Assembly: GCA_037133755.1 (NCBI GenBank)
Contig: JBAXNN010000010.1
Location: 10,296 to 74,295, forward strand
DNA length: 64,000 bases
Source of the DNA: Thermoleophilia bacterium
GTDB taxonomy: Bacteria > Actinomycetota > Thermoleophilia > Gaiellales > F1-60-MAGs149
Reading direction: 5' to 3'
Positions 9,457 through 16,718 of the stretch are shown here, one piece after another. Under the pieces are notes generated by a model that was not told the DNA's origin, ran no database searches, and saw nothing but the letters and a program-made list of their open reading frames with translations. The position numbers and the translations under genes were made by a program. How positions within the stretch are numbered: position 1 is the first letter of the stretch; each line of letters begins with the position of its first letter.

Positions 9457-11435
9457 CCACGCCGAGACGGCGCGAGGCCCGGTGCCTGGCCGCCGAGCAC
9501 GGTGGGGTGACGCTTGATGAAGCGCCCCACGTTGCGCAGGTGCCAGACCGTGCGCTTGTCGATGAACTTGCCGTCGCTGGCGGCCTGGTGCGCGTGCACG
9601 ACCTCGGCGGCGGGCTCCTGCCAGATCTCCCAGCCGCGCTGCCAGAGGCGCCACTGCAGCTCGATCTCCTCGACGTAGAGCGGCGCGAAGGCCTCGTCGA
9701 ACCCGCCGACGTCGTCCCACGCCTCGCGGCGGATCAACAGGAACGCACCGAGCGACCAGTCGACCAGTCGCGGACCCGTGGGCTCACCGAGGTAGTGGTC
9801 GGCGGCATAGCGCGACGGCGGCAGCACCTTGCGCAGCGGCGTGCGGCGGATGACGGAACCGGCGGGCTCGGGGAAGCGGCGTGCCGCCTCCTGGTACGAG
9901 CCGTCGAGATTGCGCAAGGTCGGTGCGACGAGGCCGCAGCGCGGGTGCTCCTCCATGAAGCGCACGAGTCGTGGCAGGCAGTCGAGCTGCGCAATGGCGT
10001 CGGGGTTGACGATCGCGAGATAGTCGCCGGGTGCGGCAGCGAAGGCGACGGCCTGATTCTCGGCGTACGAACGCGTATCGGGCTGCTCGACCAGCACGCA
10101 GTCGGGGTAGTCGGCGCGGATCAGCTCGGCGGTGCCGTCGCCCGGTCGATTGGCCACGACGACGATCGTGAGCGCGTCGCCCATGTTCTGCTGACGCAGC
10201 CCGGCGATCGCGTCGGGCAGGTCGTCGGCCTGGCCGGTCGAGGTGAGTGCGGCGACGACCGAGGCCTGCTTGCCGGCAGCCACGGGGCGCACCGCGCGAT
10301 GCGCCTGCGGCTGCTCGCGCAGCACGTCCTGCCAGACACCGGCCAGGCGCTCGGCCGCGGCCGTCCACGTCAGCTCGGCGGCGCGGGCGATGCCGGCGTC
10401 GCGGCAGCGCGTGCGCAGCGCCTCATCGTCGAGCAGACGCGCCAGACCGTCGGCGATCGAGGCGACGTCGAGCGGGTTGGCCAGCACCGCCGCGCCTCCC
10501 GCAACCTCGGGCAGCGCCGTCGTGTCGCTCGTGAGGACCGGCGTGCCCGTGGCCATGGCCTCGGCGACCGGCAGGCCGAACCCCTCGTAGAGCGACGGGA
10601 ATGCGAAGACGCCCGCAGCCGCGTAGAGATCGCGCAGCGCGTGCTCCCCCTGGACGTAGCCGATCCGGCGTACGTGGTTCTGGAGGCGCAGCTCGGCGAT
10701 GCGGGCATCGAGCTCGGTCTCGTCCTGCTTGGCGCCGCCAGCCAGGACGAGCAGTGGCATGTCGTCGCGCGCATCGCGCACCCGGGCGTAGGCCTCGAGC
10801 AGCCGCAGCAGGTTCTTCCGCGGCTGCAGTGCGCCGATGAACAGCACGTAGCCCGGCTCGAGCCCCCACGCCGCGCGCACGCGCTCGTCGGCGGTCGGGT
10901 CGGGCGCGTACGCCGCAGAGACGCCGTTGGGAATCGCGACGACGTGGCTCGGGTCGAGCCCGGGCACGGTGCGCAGGACGTCCTCGCGGGAGTGCTCGGA
11001 GACCGTCACCACGCGCGCCGCGCGGCGGATCGACCACGGCACGAAGCGACCGAAGGCAAGCGCGTCGGCCTTGGGCATCAGTTCGGGCGCAAAGCGGTAC
11101 GACGAGTCGTGGACCGTCACGACACCCGGACAGGTGAGACCCGGCGGCAGCACGTAGTTGCCGTGGTACAGCGCGGGGCGATCAGCGCGCAGGCGGGCGG
11201 GCAGACTCACGGCCACGCGGCGGTAGTTGGAGCCCACGTCGACGGCCACCGGACGCACCACGCCAGAGGCGGTGATGACCTCGGGCACGCGGTCGGGGTC
11301 GCGCACGTACGCGAGCACGGTGAAGGGCAGGTCGTCGCGCGCCGCGAGCGCCGTCAGCAGGCCCGTGGCAACGGTCTCGTCACCGGTGCGATTGCGGCCG
11401 ATGACGTCGGCGTCGAAGGCAATGACGTCGGGCAT
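9438..11435 (-). CDS. Two-domain glycosyltransferase with an N-terminal GT4 and a C-terminal GT2
   Basis: 665 aa. The GT4 signature is PRKN...PSLYEGFGLPVAEAMATGTPVL in the first ~375 aa. After a linker comes a GT2 (GT-A) domain (VVALTSTG...IVNPD...GAFLLIRREAWDDVGGFDE). Confidence 0.8.
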   Translation of the reverse strand: MPDVIAFDADVIGRNRTGDETVATGLLTALAARDDLPFTVLAYVRDPDRVPEVITASGVVRPVAVDVGSNYRRVAVSLPARLRADRPALYHGNYVLPPGLTCPGVVTVHDSSYRFAPELMPKADALAFGRFVPWSIRRAARVVTVSEHSREDVLRTVPGLDPSHVVAIPNGVSAAYAPDPTADERVRAAWGLEPGYVLFIGALQPRKNLLRLLEAYARVRDARDDMPLLVLAGGAKQDETELDARIAELRLQNHVRRIGYVQGEHALRDLYAAAGVFAFPSLYEGFGLPVAEAMATGTPVLTSDTTALPEVAGGAAVLANPLDVASIADGLARLLDDEALRTRCRDAGIARAAELTWTAAAERLAGVWQDVLREQPQAHRAVRPVAAGKQASVVAALTSTGQADDLPDAIAGLRQQNMGDALTIVVVANRPGDGTAELIRADYPDCVLVEQPDTRSYAENQAVAFAAAPGDYLAIVNPDAIAQLDCLPRLVRFMEEHPRCGLVAPTLRNLDGSYQEAARRFPEPAGSVIRRTPLRKVLPPSRYAADHYLGEPTGPRLVDWSLGAFLLIRREAWDDVGGFDEAFAPLYVEEIELQWRLWQRGWEIWQEPAAEVVHAHQAASDGKFIDKRTVWHLRNVGRFIKRHPTVLGGQAPGLAPSRRGQTSEQ

Positions 11436-11438
11436 CGC

Positions 11439-12389
11439 TCAGCCGACGCGGCTGCCGCGCACCGGACGATCGCGCGTCGCCTCGGGGAAGACCGCCCGCT
11501 CGCCGAGCGTGGTGCGGGCGAAGTCGAGGAACGACACGACGAGGCGACTCTGCGGCCGCGACGCATTGCGCACCGCGTAGAACAGGCGGCCGGGCTCGAG
11601 ACCCTTGACCGTCGCGCTCGACAGGCGCCCCTCTTCGAGCTCGCGCTCGACCGCAAGGCGCGAGAGGAACGTCACCCCCAGGCCTGCCTCGACGGCCGAC
11701 TTGGCCGACTCCTGCAGGCCGAGCTCGGCGACGACGTTGAGATCGCGGGCGCGGATGCCGTGGGCGCGCAGCTCGCGTTCGACCACGGTGCGCACACCGG
11801 CACCTTCCTGCTGGACGACGAGCGGCTCGTGGACGAGCTCCTCGACGGTGATCTGCTTGCCGGCGAACGGATGATCGTTGGTGACGACGAGGACGACCTC
11901 GTCGCGCAGGAACGGCTCGAAGACGAGCGAGCGATGCGCGCGCTCGGCGCCGACGATGCCGAACTCGAGCTGCCGATCGAGGACGCGATCGACGATCGTC
12001 TCCGTGTCGTCGACACGCAGCGAGACGAGCACCTCGGGGTACTCCTTGTGGAACGCCCCGAGCAGCGCGGGCAGGATGCGTTCGCCTGGCCCGGTCGAGG
12101 CGCCGACGATCAGGTGCCCGTGCAGACCCTCGCCTTCTTCCTCGAGGCTGTGAAACAGATCGCGCTCGGCACCCAAGATGCGCTGTGCATGGCGATAGGC
12201 AACCTGACCGGCCTCGGTCGGCTCGACGACACGGCCAGAGCGATCGATCAGCTGGCAGCCAAGGCGCTTCTCGAGCGAACGGATCGCGAGCGAGACGGCG
12301 GGCTGCGTGACACCGAGCTGCTCGGCGGCCTGCGAGAAACTGGAGCGGTCGACGACGGCGACCAGCGCAGCGAGCTGCTTGGTGTCCAT
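11439..12389 (-). CDS. LysR-family transcriptional regulator
   Basis: The N-terminal wHTH reads MDTKQLAALVAVVDRSSFSQAAEQLGVTQPAVSLAIRSLE and is followed by a LysR substrate-binding domain. The ATG shares nucleotide 12389 with the capD-like stop codon. Confidence 0.9.
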   Translation of the reverse strand: MDTKQLAALVAVVDRSSFSQAAEQLGVTQPAVSLAIRSLEKRLGCQLIDRSGRVVEPTEAGQVAYRHAQRILGAERDLFHSLEEEGEGLHGHLIVGASTGPGERILPALLGAFHKEYPEVLVSLRVDDTETIVDRVLDRQLEFGIVGAERAHRSLVFEPFLRDEVVLVVTNDHPFAGKQITVEELVHEPLVVQQEGAGVRTVVERELRAHGIRARDLNVVAELGLQESAKSAVEAGLGVTFLSRLAVERELEEGRLSSATVKGLEPGRLFYAVRNASRPQSRLVVSFLDFARTTLGERAVFPEATRDRPVRGSRVG

Positions 12390-14245
12390 CAGTCGGTCAC
12401 CTTGCGGGTCGCGACGGTTTCGCGCACCGGCGCCTTGGCAGCGGCAAAGTAGAGCTCGAGCGCCTCGGCGTCTGCCCCGCGCTGGAGCGCCAGGTCGATC
12501 TCGTCAAGGCGGCCGGCAAGCCACGCAGCGTCGATGCGACCACGGCGGGCGCGCATCAGCTTGTCGTGGTGCGTGCGCTCGACGGACTCGTCGTCGGCGA
12601 AGAGGCGCTCGTGCAGCACCTCGCCGGGGCGGCGACCGATCACGCTGATCTCGATGTCCTTGCCGGGCTCGCGGCCCATCAGGCGCACCATGTCCTGCGC
12701 CAGGTCCATGATCCGCACCGGATCGCCCATGTCGAGCACGAAGATGTCGCCCGACTGGCCGACACCACCCGCCTGCACGATCAGCTGCACGGCCTCGGGG
12801 ATCGTCATGAAGAAGCGCGTCATCTCGGGGTCGGTGACGGTGACCGGGCCGCCTTCGAGGATCTGACGACGGAACGTCGGGATCACCGAACCAGACGAGC
12901 CGAGGACGTTGCCGAAGCGGACAGCCATGAAGCGCGTGCCGGGACGCTCCTGGGCCTCGGCTTCGACGACGTACTCGCAGAGGGCCTTCGAGGCACCCAT
13001 CGCGGTCTCGGAGATGACGGCCTTGTCGGTCGAGACGAGCACGAAGCGCTCGACGCCCGCATCGGCGGCGATCTCGGCCAGCGCGCGCGTGGCGAGCACG
13101 TTGTTGCGGAGGGCGCTGAAGGGGTTGATCTCCATCAGCGGCACGTGCTTGTAGGCCGCCGCGTGGAAGATCACGTTCGGCTGGGCCTCCGCGATGATCT
13201 TGCGCATGCGGTCGGCGTCCTTGACGTCGGCGACACACGAATGCACGTTGGCGATCTCGTGCTCGCGCAGCCACTGGTCGATCTGGAAGATGTTGTCCTC
13301 TGCGTGATCGATCAGCGTGAGCCGCGCCGGCGAGAGGCGGCTGATCTGGCGCACGAGTTCCGAGCCGATCGAGCCGCCGGCGCCGGTCACGACCACCGAC
13401 TGGCCGGCGAGGTAGCCGCCCATCGAGGCCAGGTCGAGATTGACGGGCTGGCGGCCGAGGATGTCCTCCACCTGCACTTCGCGCAGACGGCGCAGCAGCG
13501 TCGGGTCGCCATCCAGCAGGTCGTAGAGACCCGGCAGCGTCTTGACCGGCACGCCGGCGCGGCGACACGCGTCGACGACGCGCTGGCGCGCGGTACCGTC
13601 GGCACCGGGCATGGCGATCACGACCTCATCCGGCGGCGAGGCCTTGAGGACGCTGGCCAGATCGTGCGTGGTGCCGTCGACCTTGACGCCGTGGAGGCGC
13701 ATGCCCTGCTTGCGAGGATCGTCGTCACAGAGGCGGATCGGCGTCATGCGCAGCGAGCGGTTGGCGAGCATCTCGCGCACGATCACGGAACCGGCGTCGC
13801 CGGCGCCGACCACGATCACCTCGCGGCCGCGGGGGAACAGCGTGCCGCGACCCTCGAGGATGGTGCGCGCCACGGCGCGGACGCCGACGGTGCCGAGCAG
13901 GAGCAGCAGGAACCAGATCGCCAGGACACCACGCGGCGGCGTGGCGGCGACGGGCGGGAAGAGGTTCGCGTAGAGCGCGACGACCACGAGTGCGATCACC
14001 GAGGCGCGCAGCAGCAGGCGCACGTCGCGCAGCGAGACGTAGCGCCACCAGCGTGTGTACAGCCCGTTGAGCACGAACACCGCGACGGTCAGCACGACGA
14101 CCCACGGCAGCGTGGCCCAGAAGAGCGTATTCGCCCAGATCGGCACCACGTCGAACCGCAGCTGGAACGCGAGCCACCAAGCAGCCGCCGCCACCGCGGC
14201 GTCTGCCGCCATATGACCCACGCGATGCCAGGAGGGAAGACGCAT
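12389..14245 (-). CDS. Membrane-anchored CapD/PglF/WbpM-like nucleotide-sugar 4,6-dehydratase
   Basis: It has N-terminal TM helices and two Rossmann motifs (VVGAGDAGS, VTGAGGSIGSE) with a CapD-like body. The start is ATG 14245 (MRLPSWH...) or ATG 14257. Confidence 0.85.
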   Translation of the reverse strand: MRLPSWHRVGHMAADAAVAAAAWWLAFQLRFDVVPIWANTLFWATLPWVVVLTVAVFVLNGLYTRWWRYVSLRDVRLLLRASVIALVVVALYANLFPPVAATPPRGVLAIWFLLLLLGTVGVRAVARTILEGRGTLFPRGREVIVVGAGDAGSVIVREMLANRSLRMTPIRLCDDDPRKQGMRLHGVKVDGTTHDLASVLKASPPDEVVIAMPGADGTARQRVVDACRRAGVPVKTLPGLYDLLDGDPTLLRRLREVQVEDILGRQPVNLDLASMGGYLAGQSVVVTGAGGSIGSELVRQISRLSPARLTLIDHAEDNIFQIDQWLREHEIANVHSCVADVKDADRMRKIIAEAQPNVIFHAAAYKHVPLMEINPFSALRNNVLATRALAEIAADAGVERFVLVSTDKAVISETAMGASKALCEYVVEAEAQERPGTRFMAVRFGNVLGSSGSVIPTFRRQILEGGPVTVTDPEMTRFFMTIPEAVQLIVQAGGVGQSGDIFVLDMGDPVRIMDLAQDMVRLMGREPGKDIEISVIGRRPGEVLHERLFADDESVERTHHDKLMRARRGRIDAAWLAGRLDEIDLALQRGADAEALELYFAAAKAPVRETVATRKVTD

Positions 14246-14255
14246 ATCAGCGATC

Positions 14256-14317
14256 ATTATAGGTGTCCGGCACGAAGTGCGGGACACCTATGGCCGAGCG
14301 AAGCTCGGGCATAGGTG
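14256..14317 (-). promoter_or_regulatory. capD-like gene control region. A TATAAT -10 box overlaps the first of three ATAGGTG/CACCTAT boxes, and two mutually exclusive GAA-loop hairpins are present.
   Basis: The minus strand reads TATAAT at 14261-14256, 10 nt before the ATG at 14245. Hairpin A spans 14259-14291 and hairpin B spans 14285-14317. They share CACCTAT (14285-14291). The box centres are exactly 26 bp apart. Confidence 0.4.
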
Positions 14318-14479
14318 GTGCTTCCCACTCGTCCATAGATTGGGCTTCCCGCTGGGCCCTGCGAACCCTGCCTCCGTTGACGACGCGAAGGCCTCGAGGT
14401 CATCGCGTCGCCTGGAGTCGATGCCCTCGGGAACAGGCGCAACTGCTCGCGCAGGCAATCAATCGAGGCGACCTGCTGA

Positions 14480-14521
14480 CCTCGAGGTGAATCGGTCCTT
14501 TCGGACCGAGCCACCTCGAGG
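14480..14521 (-). terminator. Stem-loop 11 nt after the DUF354 stop codon (10 bp + 2x2 internal loop + 7 bp, GAAA tetraloop on the sense strand), with no U-tract
   Basis: CCTCGAGGTG (14480-14489) pairs with CACCTCGAGG (14512-14521). The inner stem TCGGTCC/GGACCGA closes a TTTC loop, which reads GAAA on the minus strand. Confidence 0.45.
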
Positions 14522-14532
14522 CCACCAAGTCG

Positions 14533-15540
14533 TCAGACGAGCCCATTGAACGCCAGATCCACGAGCGTCGCCGGGTCGCGCAGCGTCGGCGCTGCAGCCG
14601 GCCCGCGCGGTGCGATCACAAGGTCCTCGACCCGTTCCAACTGCTTGAGCCGCCCATCGGCGATCAGCGCACGATCCACGGCACCAAGCGTGCCCGCGAA
14701 CGTCGTCCAGACCGGCGTACCGAGGACCACTGCCTCGCGATTCATCGTGCCACCCGCCGAGATGACGAGATCGGCAGTGGCGACGAGACTACGGGCGTCG
14801 ACGGCGCGCTCGGGGACGATCACGTGCTCGAGGCCAAGTGCGCGCACCGCATCGCCCTGCTCACGTGTGCGCGGCAGCACGACTTGATCTACGCGCGCAT
14901 CGGCGGACAGCGCGCGCAGCACCTGGCCGAACAGCGGGTTGTCGGTGCGGTGGTAGAGCGCGAGCTCCGGCGGCGGCCGCATGATCGCGAGGAGCGCGTC
15001 GGCGCGCACGCCAAGGTCAACGCGGACGGACGGGTTGGCCTCGAAGCCCCAGAGCGCGTACTCCTCTTTGAGCCCCGGGAAGCGCACGACGTTCGTCGCC
15101 TTGGCGCCGTGCGCCGTGATCGCCTCGAGCGGGATCGCGTCGGGCACGAGGACACGGGCGGCCAGCCGGCAGTTGACGCCGTGCTGGAGCTTCGCGCCTT
15201 CGTAATCGAACATCGTCACCGTCGGAAAGCCGAGCAGGCGACCCACCATCGGCTGGTCGGTCGAGCCGTGCGCCAGCCCGACGTCGAAGCGACGCGGCTT
15301 GGCCCATTGACGCAACGCGTGTACGCGACCCACCGCAGCACGGCCCTTGCCAAATCGAGACCGCCCACCGTGTGCGCCGACCTCCTCGACGTGCAGGCCG
15401 TGCAGCGCGGCGAGCTCCGCGGTTTGGCCATACGGCCGCGCCGTCAACTCGACCGTGGCGCCACGGCTCTCGAGCACGCGCACGAGTGGTGCGAGGACCG
15501 GCACGTGCGGCGCGTTGGTGAGATCGATCCAGACGCGCAT
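14533..15540 (-). CDS. DUF354-family protein (GT-B/epimerase-like fold)
   Basis: Starts at ATG 15540. The N-terminus MRVWIDLTNAPHVPVLAPLVRVLESRGATVELTAR matches the DUF354 pattern (MKIWIDI.N.PHV..F). It lies 7 nt downstream of degT. Confidence 0.7.
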   Translation of the reverse strand: MRVWIDLTNAPHVPVLAPLVRVLESRGATVELTARPYGQTAELAALHGLHVEEVGAHGGRSRFGKGRAAVGRVHALRQWAKPRRFDVGLAHGSTDQPMVGRLLGFPTVTMFDYEGAKLQHGVNCRLAARVLVPDAIPLEAITAHGAKATNVVRFPGLKEEYALWGFEANPSVRVDLGVRADALLAIMRPPPELALYHRTDNPLFGQVLRALSADARVDQVVLPRTREQGDAVRALGLEHVIVPERAVDARSLVATADLVISAGGTMNREAVVLGTPVWTTFAGTLGAVDRALIADGRLKQLERVEDLVIAPRGPAAAPTLRDPATLVDLAFNGLV

Positions 15541-15547
15541 TGCGCGG

Positions 15548-16648
15548 CTACGCGGAGGCGGCCTCGAGGGCGGCAATCAGCGCGTGCTGATCGGCCTCGG
15601 GCAGCGTCGGGTACATCGGCAACGCGAGGCACTCGCGCGACGCGCGCTCGGTCTCGGGCAGGCTGCCCTCCTCGTAGCCGAGGTCCGCGAAGACGGGCTG
15701 GAGGTGATGCGGGGTGTCGTAGTAGACGACGCTACCGACCTCAGCTGCCTTGAGTGCTCCCTGGATCGCGTCGCGATCCGCACACCGCACGACGTAGAGG
15801 TGGTAAATCGGATCTGCACCGACGGCGGAGCCGGGCAGCTCGACGAAGCGGTCAAGGCCAAGGTCGGCATAGCGCTGAGCCGCGGCCTGGCGCATGTCGT
15901 TCCAACCGGCCAACTCGGGCAGCAACACGCGCAGGATCGCGGCCTGCATTTCGTCGAGACGGGAGTTCATGCCCACCTGCGTGAACGTGCGCTTGTCCTT
16001 CGAGCCGTGGAAACGCAGCTCGCGGATGCGTTCGGCGATGGCGTCGTCGTTCGTCGTGACGAGGCCGCCATCACCAAAGCCGCCAAGGTTCTTGGTTGGG
16101 AAGAACGAGAACGTCGCGATGTCGCCGATCGCGCCGCAGCGCACGCCGTCCAGCGAGGCGCCGTAGGACTGCGCCGCGTCCTCGATCAGCAGCAGGCCCT
16201 TGGCGTCCGCAATGGCGCGCAGCTCCTTCATCGGCGCGGGATGGCCGAAGAGGTGGACCGCCATGATCGCCTTGGTGCGATCGGTAATGGCCGCCTCGAC
16301 CGAGGCCGGATCCAGCTGGTACGTGGTCGGCTCGATGTCGGCAAAGACCGGCGTGGCGCCGACAGCCGCAATCGACTCGGGCGTGGCGTAGAAGGTGTAG
16401 GCCGGGCAGATCACCTCGTCACCGGCGCCGATGTCGTGCGCGCGCAGCGCCAGCAGCAGCGCGTCGGTGCCGTTGGCCACGCCAACCGCATGCGCGACGC
16501 CAAGATCGGCGGCGGTTTCGGCCTCAAACGCCTTGACGTTCGGACCGAGGATGAATACGCCACTCGAGATCACCTCGCCGACCGCCGTGGTGATCTTGTC
16601 GTGGAGCGGGGCCCACTGGCCGCGCAGATCCATCAGAGGTACGCCCAT
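15548..16648 (-). CDS. DegT/DnrJ/EryC1/StrS-family sugar aminotransferase
   Basis: Starts at ATG 16648 (MGVPLMDLRGQW...). The PLP-lysine context is FSFFPTKNLGGFGDGG, with family motifs throughout. Confidence 0.85.
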   Translation of the reverse strand: MGVPLMDLRGQWAPLHDKITTAVGEVISSGVFILGPNVKAFEAETAADLGVAHAVGVANGTDALLLALRAHDIGAGDEVICPAYTFYATPESIAAVGATPVFADIEPTTYQLDPASVEAAITDRTKAIMAVHLFGHPAPMKELRAIADAKGLLLIEDAAQSYGASLDGVRCGAIGDIATFSFFPTKNLGGFGDGGLVTTNDDAIAERIRELRFHGSKDKRTFTQVGMNSRLDEMQAAILRVLLPELAGWNDMRQAAAQRYADLGLDRFVELPGSAVGADPIYHLYVVRCADRDAIQGALKAAEVGSVVYYDTPHHLQPVFADLGYEEGSLPETERASRECLALPMYPTLPEADQHALIAALEAASA

Positions 16649-16718
16649 GCGCCGCAGGATACCGTCCGCCCCGCCCGGGACGGAGCGGTAGGCTTCGGGC
16701 GTGTTCGATCTCCCACGC

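Noticed and set aside
9108-12452. A 1114-aa plus-strand ORF, the longest in the track.
   Set aside because: It runs antisense to three well-supported genes (GT4-GT2, lysR and the capD-like 3' end). Its translation is Arg/Ala/Gly/Asp-rich with no recognisable motifs. It is a typical shadow ORF of GC-rich DNA, where stop codons are rare in all frames.
14257-14549. Three 75-90-aa ORFs (14257..14514 minus, 14263..14490 plus, 14277..14549 plus) and a possible tRNA in the 275-nt DUF354-capD spacer.
   Set aside because: There are no ribosome-binding sites and no recognisable protein features. The ORFs mutually overlap in a region dominated by palindromes. No T-loop (GGTTCGAATCC-like) or cloverleaf is evident. 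DNA or RNA structure explains the region better.
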